The notes: a model not told the origin generated them from the letters alone. Positions 50,810 to 60,526 are shown, counted from the stretch's first letter. The stretch is DNA of 64,000 bases from Actinomycetota bacterium (GCA_005798555.1 SYJA01000003.1:2626-66625); one strand, 5' to 3'. Translations and numbers: made by a program.

Positions 50810-51567
50810 CTGGTCAGCCACCCGCCATCAACCGCAAGTTGCGTGCCAGTTATGTACGATGCGGCATCTGAAAGCAGGAATGAGGCGGCTCGCGCGATAT
50901 CTTCCGGCTCGCCGACGCGCGGCACTAATAATCGCTGACTCATAAAAGCCATGGCTTCCGGTCCGGTGATGTCGCCGCCCGTAAACCGAGTGTTGATCGG
51001 TCCCGGTGCGATGGCATTGACCCGAATGCCCATTGCTGCCAACTCAACGGCCAAAGCCTTCGTGAGCATCTTTACCCCACCTTTGGATGCGTTGTAGTGC
51101 ACCTGGCAATTGCCACTCGAGGAGACCACAACTTCGGCTTCAACGGTTGTCATATTGACCATCGCACCACCATTTCGCATGACCCGAGATGCAGCCTGGG
51201 CTACGATAAATGGGCCTTTCATGTTGATGTCAACAACAAAATCCCACTCCTCATCGGATACGGTGTCAAGGCCGGACATCGTGACAACTCCAGCGTTGTT
51301 GACGATCAGGTCGAGTCGTCCAAAGGTGTCAAGGACGTCGGCTAGTGCCTTTTCAACCGCCACTCGGTCGCGAACATCGGCAACTAATACCGCAGCAGAA
51401 CCGCCTGCATCAGTGATGAACTTCGCTGTCGCTTCGGCAAGTTCCATCTTGATATCGACGCAGGCGACGGAGGCTCCGTCATCAGCCAGTTGTCTTGCGA
51501 TGGCCCGCCCGATACCTGAGCCAGCTCCGGTGACGAACGCCACTTTGCCACTATGGTCAATGATCAT
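50806..51567 (-). CDS. short-chain dehydrogenase/reductase
   Basis: TGAGSGIG, NNAG, YNASK, PG, VDGG; ATGA overlaps at both ends. Confidence 0.9.
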   Translation of the reverse strand: MIIDHSGKVAFVTGAGSGIGRAIARQLADDGASVACVDIKMELAEATAKFITDAGGSAAVLVADVRDRVAVEKALADVLDTFGRLDLIVNNAGVVTMSGLDTVSDEEWDFVVDINMKGPFIVAQAASRVMRNGGAMVNMTTVEAEVVVSSSGNCQVHYNASKGGVKMLTKALAVELAAMGIRVNAIAPGPINTRFTGGDITGPEAMAFMSQRLLVPRVGEPEDIARAASFLLSDAASYITGTQLAVDGGWLTR

Positions 51568-52307
51568 GATCTGCTCCCATTTTTCGATTCTGAAATAAGC
51601 CAATTGAAAATAGGATCAACGCCGGCATGCATTTCGGGGTGCCACTGAACGGCGAGCACTTTGACTTCAGTGGATTCAACGGCCTCGATCGTGCCATCTG
51701 ACGCCCAAGCCACGATTCGCAGTCCTTGTCCAGGTTCGTCGATAGCCTGATGGTGGTAACTGTTGACCGCCGCGTTGCCCTCGTTATCCACCTCGGCGCC
51801 GAGTGCCACCCTCAGCATCGACTCCGCAGCAACCGCGACCTTGTGCCTTCGAGTCGAACGGTACTCCTGCGTGTCAGCATGTGAGAAGCCATCAACTTCG
51901 GGCAGGTGCTGTATCAAGGTGCCACCCCGCGCGACATTCACCACCTGGCAGCCGCGACAGATGGCGAGAATCGGGATTCCGCTTTCAATTGCCGCGGAGA
52001 CCAATCCGAATTCGAATTCATCGCGTTCCCGGTCATGCTGCGTGGATTCAGGCACCGGCTCCATGTTGTACCGGTGTGGATCGACATCCTCGCCGCCACT
52101 GAGCAGTAATCCGTCAAGGCGCGTGACAATGTCACGTGGGTTCACTGACCGAGGAATCATTACCGGTATTCCGCCGGCGCCACTCACCGCTTCGCAATAG
52201 TCAGCGAACACCCCCCACAGGTGCGCACCGTCGATACCTTTGGGGACGACCCCTAATCCACTTGCCTCGATAACCCGAGTGGTGATCCCGATGAGGGGCG
52301 CTCTCAT
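51564..52307 (-). CDS. peptidase C26 gamma-glutamyl hydrolase (PuuD-like)
   Basis: PLIGIT, SGGEDVDP, AICRG.Q, VNSYHHQ, AVQWHPE. Confidence 0.9.
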   Translation of the reverse strand: MRAPLIGITTRVIEASGLGVVPKGIDGAHLWGVFADYCEAVSGAGGIPVMIPRSVNPRDIVTRLDGLLLSGGEDVDPHRYNMEPVPESTQHDRERDEFEFGLVSAAIESGIPILAICRGCQVVNVARGGTLIQHLPEVDGFSHADTQEYRSTRRHKVAVAAESMLRVALGAEVDNEGNAAVNSYHHQAIDEPGQGLRIVAWASDGTIEAVESTEVKVLAVQWHPEMHAGVDPIFNWLISESKNGSRS

Positions 52308-53026
52308 GAGGAACCCGTCTCGCGAATTATTGCGTGTAGGTTCCGCAGGGTCTCGTCCATGTGCGCCCGAGCCGCCGAGGCCGCGGCCACCGCGTCACCA
52401 TCAACAATCGCTTCATAGATGGCGGTGTGTTGCTGGCGGGTTACCTCGACTCGCTGCTCATAAGGCAGGTTGTCGGTCGGCAGGAACAATTCAGCGCGCG
52501 CTCGCCGTGATGCCTCGGTCAACCGCTCATTGCTGGCCGCTGCTGACACCGCGGCATGGAATTGCCCATCGGCTTCACGAAATGCACCGTATGAAAATCC
52601 GTCACTGGTAAGCACGGCGCCTGGCAGTGCTGCGATCGCAGTTCGCATCGCCTGCAAATCCGAGTCCGAGCGCCGCAGCGCAGCCAACGAACAGATGTGC
52701 TGCTCAATGGCCGATCGAAAGTCGATTAACTCCTCCATATCCGGGAGGTTTTCCCGAAGGAGTTCACGCCAAACTGAGACCGGGGTACTCGGCTCAACTA
52801 CGAAGCTACCGCCGCGAGCACCCCGGCGAGTGACCAGGTAGCCCTCGGCTTCTAGATGCGCGATACCCTCACGCACCGCCTGCCGGCCGACCCCTAACTC
52901 AATTGCCAGTTGGCGCTGGGCCGGGAGTCGGTAGCCCACGCCCCATTCACCGCAGGCGATGCGCTCACGCAGGTAGGCCGCAACCTCCTGGCCCGTCCGC
53001 ACCGTCTGCAACTGTCTCATATCCAT
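52304..53026 (-). CDS. GntR/FadR-family regulator with FCD domain
   Basis: RLPAQRQLA.ELGVGRQAVRE, RRG..GGSFV, R..IE, D..FH, QH..I. Confidence 0.9.
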   Translation of the reverse strand: MDMRQLQTVRTGQEVAAYLRERIACGEWGVGYRLPAQRQLAIELGVGRQAVREGIAHLEAEGYLVTRRGARGGSFVVEPSTPVSVWRELLRENLPDMEELIDFRSAIEQHICSLAALRRSDSDLQAMRTAIAALPGAVLTSDGFSYGAFREADGQFHAAVSAAASNERLTEASRRARAELFLPTDNLPYEQRVEVTRQQHTAIYEAIVDGDAVAAASAARAHMDETLRNLHAIIRETGSS

Positions 53027-53063
53027 TGGTGCGCACTATGAACCATTAGGATCACGGTGTCAA
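53025..53063 (-). promoter_or_regulatory. sigma70-type promoter with overlapping FadR-like inverted repeat
   Basis: Minus strand TTGACA(53063-58)-N17-CATAGT(53040-35), 8 nt before ATG; TGGT-N11-ACCA repeat spans the -10. Confidence 0.6.
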
Positions 53064-53125
53064 TCCCAAAATGGCCGGCGTTCTGCAGGTGGGCGGAACA
53101 AGATCAACCACCCGCCCTAGAGTAG

Positions 53126-53977
53126 ATGCGTGAGGTACCGGTGCTAACCCCTTTCTTGCTGCCCCTCCTCGGCCTCGTTGTCACGTTCGGCCTCGGTTGG
53201 TCGGTCGCAATGCTGCTAGCCAAGCTCGAGGCAGCGCGCGGACTGCTAGCCAAGCGTGAGGGCTCTCTCGTCGCCGACGGCGCGCAGGGTGTCCTGGGAT
53301 TCATTGGGGGGGCCTCCGCATTTCTCATCGGCGTTCTAATGCTCGCCTCGGTCGATCATTTCAACGCAACGTCTCAGGTCGCCAATGAAGAGGCGATCGC
53401 GTACTCAGCAGCGTTTCGATCCTCAGTGGCGCTATCGGATCCTGCACGCCAGATCGTGCAGCGGGATCTGGTGTGCTTGATGCGGTCGATTGCAACCGAC
53501 TCGTGGAATGCCGGGTCCCGTGGTGATCTGACTGGGGCTCGCAACTCGAACGCCTGGCTGGCGAGGACGGTCTCGAATTTGGGCACGCTCGGGCAGCAGC
53601 CGGCCACGTCACTCGACACGCTCGATGCGGTGGAGTCGGAACTTCGGGAGGCCGCCAAGTTCGGCCAGCATAGGCTGCTGGCTGGGGAGTCGGTTCTTCC
53701 GCTGGCGATGTGGGCGCTACTCTTTTTGAGCCTGCTAGTCCTCACATTTCTCATGACGCTCATGATGCGTCCATACCCGCTTCTGCTGGCTTTATGTCTC
53801 GGGTCAACTTTCATCGTGAGTACAGGCATGGTCTTTGTGCTGGTTGCGTTCGCTGAGCCCTTCGACACTAACACCGGTGTCTACATCAGTCCGGAGGCGC
53901 TGGAGGTCGTGTTGCTTTCCGCGGAGAAGACACAGCCGGGCGCGGCGTGGGCTTCGTGTGAGCGTCTGAGCCCGTAG
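53126..53977 (+). CDS. membrane protein (DUF4239/bestrophin-like)
   Basis: Two N-terminal TM helices, A...EA, R......LP..MW, two C-terminal TM helices, PF.....ISP. Confidence 0.6.
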   Translation: MREVPVLTPFLLPLLGLVVTFGLGWSVAMLLAKLEAARGLLAKREGSLVADGAQGVLGFIGGASAFLIGVLMLASVDHFNATSQVANEEAIAYSAAFRSSVALSDPARQIVQRDLVCLMRSIATDSWNAGSRGDLTGARNSNAWLARTVSNLGTLGQQPATSLDTLDAVESELREAAKFGQHRLLAGESVLPLAMWALLFLSLLVLTFLMTLMMRPYPLLLALCLGSTFIVSTGMVFVLVAFAEPFDTNTGVYISPEALEVVLLSAEKTQPGAAWASCERLSP

Positions 53978-53984
53978 CGCTCGC

Positions 53985-54472
53985 CGACTGGTCGTGATGG
54001 GGATACCCACCCGCTGCTATCAAATGGTGGAGCGAGGGGTTCAAACGGCCCATACTCAGTCTGCACCTGGCGAAAGTGGTCGCGCGCCCGATACTGCTCA
54101 TGCTCCCATCACTTCGGGCAAATGTTCCATGAGGTGCAATCGCATGATATCGACGCCCGGTGCAATCACGGCGCCCGAGCGCAGCCAGGACGCTGGTCAG
54201 CGCATACATTCCGGCGGAGATATCAGCGACTGCGCAGCCTCCCTTGCTCATTCCCTCATCGCCTGGCACCGAGAAGGCGCCAGCTAGCGACGCCTGCAGC
54301 AGGCGTTCGTCACCTGGGTTGCGCGGATCCATCGCCACCGACTGCTTGCCCACATTCGCCCAGACGAAGAAGGCCAAGTTGCCTTTCACTAAGGAGTCGT
54401 AGTGCCGTGCGAAATAGCCTGTTTGACCGGGACAACCACGATGCCGGCATGGGGCGCCGAGGATTCAGTCAC
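53985..54472 (-). pseudogene. CaiB/BaiF (class III) CoA-transferase remnant with several deletions and frameshifts
   Basis: Ordered fragments: P.AGI.VV..KQA; FARHYD.....FVWAN.GKQSV.MD; K.GC.VADISAGMYA...LAAL; H.IAP.G.F...DG; only ~490 bp of a normally ~1.2 kb gene. Confidence 0.75.
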
Positions 54473-55184
54473 GGGCCAGTTCCAGTAGTTGGATGCCAGC
54501 GATATCTTTCATGAACCACTCAACCAAGGCATCGCAATTCGCTCGAAGTTGCGCCCCCGCCTCGCCGATGTCCCCGAGGACTTCAGCCGCCGACGTATGA
54601 CTTGGTATGTGGTCTGGACCGATAGCCGCCCAGCCACTTACCAGCCCAAGATCAGCCTCGGGATGGAATTGGGTGCCCACCGCGCGGCCGGATCGAAACA
54701 GCTGAACGGCACTTGGGGTACTCGCCAACAACTGGGCGGACTCCGGGATGACCATGCGATCCTCGTGCCAGGTGAACCAAGGCCCGGCCGGAATCGGCAG
54801 CACCTCGGCTCCTGAATTCAGGTAGATAAGGCCAATCTCGGCTGCACCGGTAGGCGCCGGCTCGACCTGGCCGCCGAGGGCTTCGGCAAGGAGTTGACCG
54901 CCAAAGCAGACACCAAGGTAGGGGATGTCCAGGTCCACAAGTTTTGCAATGTGCTCGATCTCCGGGCCCACCCACGCGCGAGCCGATGTCTCGTAGGCAT
55001 TGGCGAAGGAACCGAAAGCGATCACCGCGTCGTATTCACCGGGGTCGGGGAAGTCAAGATTGGGCGCCGCCGGATCAGCAAGCACTATGTGCTGCTCGGT
55101 CTGGACGCCACGTAGTGCCAATATTTCACCGATCATTCCTGGTGCAGCTTCGGGCTCATGACTGATTAGCAGCACTCGCGCCAT
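54465..55184 (-). CDS. class I glutamine amidotransferase-like hydrolase
   Basis: LGVCFGGQLLA.ALGG.V, EIG, WH.D, QFHPE; directly downstream of a GS-like gene. Confidence 0.88.
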   Translation of the reverse strand: MARVLLISHEPEAAPGMIGEILALRGVQTEQHIVLADPAAPNLDFPDPGEYDAVIAFGSFANAYETSARAWVGPEIEHIAKLVDLDIPYLGVCFGGQLLAEALGGQVEPAPTGAAEIGLIYLNSGAEVLPIPAGPWFTWHEDRMVIPESAQLLASTPSAVQLFRSGRAVGTQFHPEADLGLVSGWAAIGPDHIPSHTSAAEVLGDIGEAGAQLRANCDALVEWFMKDIAGIQLLELARD

Positions 55185-56534
55185 CTAGATAACCCCTCGA
55201 TAGCGTTTGATCTCCCACTCACTTACCTGATCCGGCGGGCCCTGCCCGTGCTCCGCGAACTCGGCAGCCTCACGGCGCTGCATGAAGACGAAGTTATCGA
55301 CAAACACATCCCCATAGGTGCTGCGGGTGAATTCACTATCAAAATTATCTATCGCACCTGTTAGCTCAGTTGGCAGCCGCTGCCATCCTTCATCGGCATG
55401 CGGGTCTCCGACCACCTGATCCATCAGGTCATAAGCATGCTCGAGCCCGTCCATGCCAGCCGCCAGACACCCGGCTAACACTAGGTACGGGTTAGCGTCG
55501 GCCGCCGCCCAGCGGGATTCCAGACGGTTGGCCGCACCCGCTCCAGTGATTGACCGCACCCCGACCAGCCGGTGATCAAGGCCCCAGGTGACCTGGGTCG
55601 GCGAGAAGGAGTAGTCCTGCAGGCGCTTGTAGCCGCTGACGGTCGGGGTCATCACCAACTGCAACTCCATATGGTGCCTCAACAGCCCGGTTAGGTACTT
55701 GCGCATCAAGGAGTTGCCAATAATCGAATCCTCATCGGCTAGCGCGAACGCATTGACACCGTCACGTTCAAGTGACTGATGTATATGCATGCCGTTACCG
55801 GCTTCTTGGAGAAACGGCTTGGCCATAAAGGTGGTGTTGATTCCATGTTTCTTGGCCACCGTACGCACTATGTACTTGAAGTAGACCGTGGCATCCGCCA
55901 TCTCGAGCAGGGGACCGTACCGCAGATTAATCTCGGTCTGGCCCGGGCCATATTCCACGTTCCAGGCCTCAACTTCAATACCGGTCTTGCGAAGGGACTC
56001 GCAGATATCGTGCATGAAGTAGTTCATCTCTGCGCCACGTGCTATCGAATAGCAGTTTATGTCGTCATATAACGGCTCCCACTTCTCGGTGAAGAAGTGG
56101 CACTCGAGCTCGGTAGCACCATTTACTGAAAACCCGGCCGCCGCAAACTTCGCCAACTGCTTCTTGAGCATGTTGCGAGCGTCCATCTGGATTGGCGCAT
56201 TGGTACCCGGGTGCACGGTGTCGCAGATGACGATGGCCACGCCCTCCGTCCAGCCGGCCACCCGAAAGCTAGACAGATCGGGCACCGCGTGCATATCGGG
56301 AAAGCCATCCTCCTCATTGACCCAAGGGGTGGCGAAGATGAAGCAAGTTGGATCCCAACTGTAGACGACATTTGCGATCGCGTAACCCGAGCCTCGTAGG
56401 AACTGCCGCACCGGAATTCGCTTACCGCGCGGGATGCCCCAGGTGTCAACGATCACACACTCCACCGTGTGAATGCGATGCTCCTCGCAAAGCGCGGCAA
56501 CCCGGTCGCGTTCAGAGGCATCCCAGCCGGACAT
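55185..56534 (-). CDS. glutamine synthetase-like gamma-glutamyl-amine ligase (third paralogue)
   Basis: DTWGIPRGKR, ATELE, EYGPGQTEIN, FMAKP, GNGMHIHQS, SGYKR...SFSP, RLESR...DANPYL. Confidence 0.88.
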   Translation of the reverse strand: MSGWDASERDRVAALCEEHRIHTVECVIVDTWGIPRGKRIPVRQFLRGSGYAIANVVYSWDPTCFIFATPWVNEEDGFPDMHAVPDLSSFRVAGWTEGVAIVICDTVHPGTNAPIQMDARNMLKKQLAKFAAAGFSVNGATELECHFFTEKWEPLYDDINCYSIARGAEMNYFMHDICESLRKTGIEVEAWNVEYGPGQTEINLRYGPLLEMADATVYFKYIVRTVAKKHGINTTFMAKPFLQEAGNGMHIHQSLERDGVNAFALADEDSIIGNSLMRKYLTGLLRHHMELQLVMTPTVSGYKRLQDYSFSPTQVTWGLDHRLVGVRSITGAGAANRLESRWAAADANPYLVLAGCLAAGMDGLEHAYDLMDQVVGDPHADEGWQRLPTELTGAIDNFDSEFTRSTYGDVFVDNFVFMQRREAAEFAEHGQGPPDQVSEWEIKRYRGVI

Positions 56535-56661
56535 CAGGCCTCCATTCCAGGTGCCAATTGCACTTGATCGATCATTAATACCGGGCTAAATGTAGTGTTC
56601 CACTTGGCCGGCAACGGGCATTCCAGCATTTTTCCATCGTATTTGGCGAGTAGGGAGACAA

Positions 56662-57636
56662 ATGCGAGCCGTCATCTTGACCGCACCGGGTACACCGCTC
56701 GGCATCCAGGAGGTGCCGACGCCGACCGCAGATCCGGGCGGGGTTGTTGTTGACGTACTGGCCTGCGGGGTCTGCCATTCGGATCTGCACGCGGCCGCCG
56801 GCGACTACCCGACCGCACTGCCTATTACCTTGGGCCATGAGGTTGCAGCCATGCATCCAAAGCTTGGCCCGGTCTTGGTTTATGCCTGCTGGGGTTGTCG
56901 CAAACCAGACTGCTGGGCCTGTTCCTCGAAGCAAGAGATGATCTGCCCCAATGCCACCGAGGCCGGGCTTTTTCGCGATGGCGGGTATGCCGAAAAGATG
57001 TTGGTACCGGACGAGTACTACCTGATCCCCATCGGCGACCTTGACCCGGCGCGCACCGCGCCACTGGCGTGCGGTGGCCTCACTGCTTACCGAGCCGTAG
57101 ATCACACGCTGGCCACCTTGGCTGCCGCCCCACATCCCCGGGCCCTTGTTATCGGCGCCGGCGGGTTGGGCCAATTCGCCCTGCAATTCGCCAAGATTCG
57201 CTCGGCTGCCCAGGTGGTCGTTGTTGATGCCGCACCGGAGAAGCGTGCCCTCGCACTAGCCCTCGGCGCGGACGCTGCCGTAGCACCCGGTGAAGTCGAG
57301 GGCACCTTTCATGCGGTGATCGACTTTGTCGGAGCAGAGCAAACTTTGCAGACCGCACGTGACCACGTGGCGCGCCAGGGGATCGCGGTCGTGGTTGGGC
57401 TCTATGGTGGCGCCATCCCGTTCGGCTTCGGATTGGTGCCGCATGAGGCCAGGTTCATGTCATCAATTTGGGGCACCCGCGACCAACTTGCTGACCTAGT
57501 TGCGTTAGCGCAGCAGCACGACCTGCACTCCGAGATCGAGGTGGTTGCGCTCGAGGACGCCCAGTTGGCCCATGACCGACTGCAGCGCGGCGAGGTTTCC
57601 GGCCGATTCGTGATCGTCCCCGGGGCACCCGAGTGA
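56662..57636 (+). CDS. zinc-dependent alcohol dehydrogenase (MDR)
   Basis: CGVCHSD, GHE, four-Cys structural Zn loop, APLACGGLTAY, GAGGLG; GGGAG RBS. Confidence 0.92.
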   Translation: MRAVILTAPGTPLGIQEVPTPTADPGGVVVDVLACGVCHSDLHAAAGDYPTALPITLGHEVAAMHPKLGPVLVYACWGCRKPDCWACSSKQEMICPNATEAGLFRDGGYAEKMLVPDEYYLIPIGDLDPARTAPLACGGLTAYRAVDHTLATLAAAPHPRALVIGAGGLGQFALQFAKIRSAAQVVVVDAAPEKRALALALGADAAVAPGEVEGTFHAVIDFVGAEQTLQTARDHVARQGIAVVVGLYGGAIPFGFGLVPHEARFMSSIWGTRDQLADLVALAQQHDLHSEIEVVALEDAQLAHDRLQRGEVSGRFVIVPGAPE

Positions 57637-58862
57637 CGATCGAGTCTCTGCCCGACATCACAGATCCGGCGGTTTATGAACGCGGAATACCACATGCGAC
57701 TTTCGCTCGGCTAAGGCAGCAATCACCTGTTGCCGAACTCACTTATGCCGGCAAGCCTTACTGGGCGGTCACCCGCTACCGGGATCTGCTCACCGTCACC
57801 CGCGATGCATTCACCTACTCCAGCGCCAAGGATTTCGTCAATCTTTGGGATCTAACCGAGGAGGCCAAGGCCGTCCGCCGCTCGATAATTGAAACGGATC
57901 CGCCGGAGCATGTGCGCCTTAGACGGCTCGGCATGCCAGCCTTCACCGGCCGCCGGGTGCGTTCCTACGAGGACGCAACCCGGGCAATCACGGTTCAAAT
58001 CCTCCAGCAGGCTCTTCGGCAGGGCGACATTGACGTCGTACATTCCATTTCCGCACCGCTGCCTATCCGGGTCATCGTCGATATTTTGGGGGTGCCCGCG
58101 TCGGATACCGACTTCATGGTGCAGTTGAGCGATGAGCTAGTTGACGGCGTCGACCTCCCGGCAGCTGCCTATGGCAATGTGACGCCACTTGAACTACTGC
58201 CATTTAACTCCCCCGCCGCCCATGCCCTCTTCGAATATGCCAAGGATATCGGCGACAGGCGTCGCGCCGACCCGCACGATGACCTGGTCTCAACCCTCGT
58301 ACACTCAAAGGTCGACGGTGATCAGCTAACCGAGAATGAATTCGCGAACATGTTCCAGGTACTTGTTTTCGCCGGAAACGAAACCACCCGAACCGCTATC
58401 AGCAACGGCGTACAGCAGTTCATGCAGCACCCGGACCAGTTGGAGCTGCTCTATCAAAGACCAGAGCTGGTGGAAAATGCGGTCGAAGAGATCATTCGTT
58501 ATGCCACGCCTGTTATCCACATGCGGCGCACCGCCACCCGCGACACAGTACTTGCCGGTGTGCCGATCGCAGGTGGTGACAAAGTCGTGATCTGGTACGC
58601 GTCGGCTAACTTTGATGAAACGGTATTTAATACCCCACTGACCTTCGACATATCGCGTCCGGTGCGACCCAAGCAGGTCGCCTTCGGAGCCCAGGGCCCG
58701 CACCACTGCTTGGGGGCCCCGCTCGCTCGCCTTGAGATCAGGGTGCTACTGGAAGAACTGATCCGGCTGCGGGTTAGATTCACCGCCAACGGCGAGGCGG
58801 TGCGGACCCGCTCCAATTTCGTCAACGGAATCCTGAAGTTGCCCGCCCTTATTTCAACTTGA
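57633..58862 (+). CDS. cytochrome P450 (CYP124/125-like)
   Basis: DPPEH..LR, FAGNETT (I-helix), EEIIR, FG..GPHHCLG (heme Cys); GTGA overlap with ADH. Confidence 0.93.
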   Translation: MTIESLPDITDPAVYERGIPHATFARLRQQSPVAELTYAGKPYWAVTRYRDLLTVTRDAFTYSSAKDFVNLWDLTEEAKAVRRSIIETDPPEHVRLRRLGMPAFTGRRVRSYEDATRAITVQILQQALRQGDIDVVHSISAPLPIRVIVDILGVPASDTDFMVQLSDELVDGVDLPAAAYGNVTPLELLPFNSPAAHALFEYAKDIGDRRRADPHDDLVSTLVHSKVDGDQLTENEFANMFQVLVFAGNETTRTAISNGVQQFMQHPDQLELLYQRPELVENAVEEIIRYATPVIHMRRTATRDTVLAGVPIAGGDKVVIWYASANFDETVFNTPLTFDISRPVRPKQVAFGAQGPHHCLGAPLARLEIRVLLEELIRLRVRFTANGEAVRTRSNFVNGILKLPALIST

Positions 58863-60447
58863 ACCGCTGCAGTTTGCCAGTTGCTGTCTTCGGGAGTTCG
58901 TCAACGAACTCAATCTCCCGCGGGTATTTATAAGGTGAGATGGCGGCCTTCACGAAACCTTGTAACTCATGTACGAGCCCGTCGGAGGCGGTCGCGTTAG
59001 GGGTAAGGACCACGAACGCTTTTACGATCATCCCCCGTGCCTCATCAGGCTTACCGACTACCGCAACCTCCTGAATGGCAACATGTCCCATGAGTGCGGA
59101 CTCCACTTCAGGTGCGGCGATGTTGTAACCACTCGAGACGATGATGTCGTCGGCCCGAGCTTGGTAGAAGAAGTACCCATTTTCGTCCTTGATGTAGACG
59201 TCGCCGGTCACGTTCCAGCCAGCACGCACATAGTCGCGCTGCCGATCGTCATTTAGGTAGCGGCAGCCGGTTGGCCCTTTGACGACAAGGCGCCCGGGCT
59301 GCCCTGGTGGCATTGGGTTGAAATCGTCATCAACCACATCCGCGAGATACCCTGGCACCCCCTTACCTGTCGACCCCGGCACGATCTGCGACCCGGTGGC
59401 AGAGATGAACACGTGCAGCATCTCGGTGGCACCGATGCCGTCAACCAACGCCTGCCCGGTGGCCGCATGCCAGGCCCGCCAAGTGGGCTCGGGCAGGGTT
59501 TCCCCGGCCGAAACGCAAACCCGAAGGCTGGACAGATCTACCTCCCCGACACTTGGCAGCATGGCCCGATACGCGGTCGGCGCGGTGAAGAGGCAGGTGA
59601 CCCGATGGCGCTCAATGGCTTTCAGGAGCAGCGGCGGGGCTGCTGACTCGAGCAACAGGGAGCTTGCTCCAAATCGCAGCGGGAATACCAGCAATGCGCC
59701 CAGCCCGAAGGTGAAGGCAAACGGCGGGCTGCCCGCGAAGACATCTGCGGGCGTTGGTTGCACTATTGACGCGCAAAAAGAGTCAGCAATCGCCAGCACG
59801 TCTCGATGAAAATGCATGGTTGCCTTAGGTTTTCCGGTGGTGCCGGATGTGAATGCCAGCATGCAGACATCATCAGCGGCCGTGTCCACCGGCACGTGAC
59901 TACCTGCGGCACCAATCACCAACTGGTCTAGATCATTTGCATGCGTGCTGCCATAGGTCACTGTCACACCGGGAAAATTGGACACCGCAGCCCATTCATC
60001 GACGAAACGGTGGTCAACAAGGGCGAACTGCACCTGCGCGATGTCGACAATTTTCTCCAACTCCCCGGCGCGCAGCAATGGCATCGTGGTTACCGCCACG
60101 GCTCCGACGCGAATCACTGCCAGCCAGGTGACCGCCAGCCAAGGGTTGTTCGGCCCGCGCAGCAGCACCCGATTACCGGGCACTACCCCCAAGCCCACCA
60201 GCACATTCGCGGTCCTTTGCACCCGGTCAACGAGTTGGTCGTAGGTCCAAGACTGCTCCCCATCAAGGAGGGCGCAGCCCTGGCCGCCAAATCTGGCTAT
60301 CGAACCGTCCAGCAGCTCGGCCGCGCAATTAAGTCGATCGGGATAGCGCTCGGTCAACCAGGCTTCGTTGAACTCGGGCCACTGATCAGCCGGGGGGAGG
60401 TTGTCGCGGGTAAATGAGTCAAGGTGCGCAGATGGGGTCAAGCTCAC
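58849..60447 (-). CDS. aryl-CoA ligase, 2-aminobenzoate/benzoate-CoA ligase family
   Basis: SAH.D.F.RDNLPP.DQWP N-terminus, FTSGTTGKPKATMHFH, AFTFGLG, SAGE, DGIGATEM.H.F, YKYPR, TGKLQRF. Confidence 0.85.
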   Translation of the reverse strand: MSLTPSAHLDSFTRDNLPPADQWPEFNEAWLTERYPDRLNCAAELLDGSIARFGGQGCALLDGEQSWTYDQLVDRVQRTANVLVGLGVVPGNRVLLRGPNNPWLAVTWLAVIRVGAVAVTTMPLLRAGELEKIVDIAQVQFALVDHRFVDEWAAVSNFPGVTVTYGSTHANDLDQLVIGAAGSHVPVDTAADDVCMLAFTSGTTGKPKATMHFHRDVLAIADSFCASIVQPTPADVFAGSPPFAFTFGLGALLVFPLRFGASSLLLESAAPPLLLKAIERHRVTCLFTAPTAYRAMLPSVGEVDLSSLRVCVSAGETLPEPTWRAWHAATGQALVDGIGATEMLHVFISATGSQIVPGSTGKGVPGYLADVVDDDFNPMPPGQPGRLVVKGPTGCRYLNDDRQRDYVRAGWNVTGDVYIKDENGYFFYQARADDIIVSSGYNIAAPEVESALMGHVAIQEVAVVGKPDEARGMIVKAFVVLTPNATASDGLVHELQGFVKAAISPYKYPREIEFVDELPKTATGKLQRFKLK

Positions 60448-60477
60448 CGCGGTGTCATCTCCCTGGGATCGCAATGA

Positions 60478-60512
60478 GAAAGGGGCGGGCTCATCAAGCA
60501 CCCGCCCCTTTC
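60478..60512 (-). terminator. strong hairpin terminator after the APC permease
   Basis: gaaaggggcggg ... cccgcccctttc perfect 12-bp stem. Confidence 0.75.
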
Positions 60513-60526
60513 CTTTTCGCAAGTGG

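Noticed and set aside
56575-57186. Numerous 60-250 aa antisense or alternate-frame ORFs, e.g. 56575-57186, 34526-35263, 25269-25976
   Set aside because: Shadow ORFs expected in high-GC DNA; they overlap confident genes and have no motifs.
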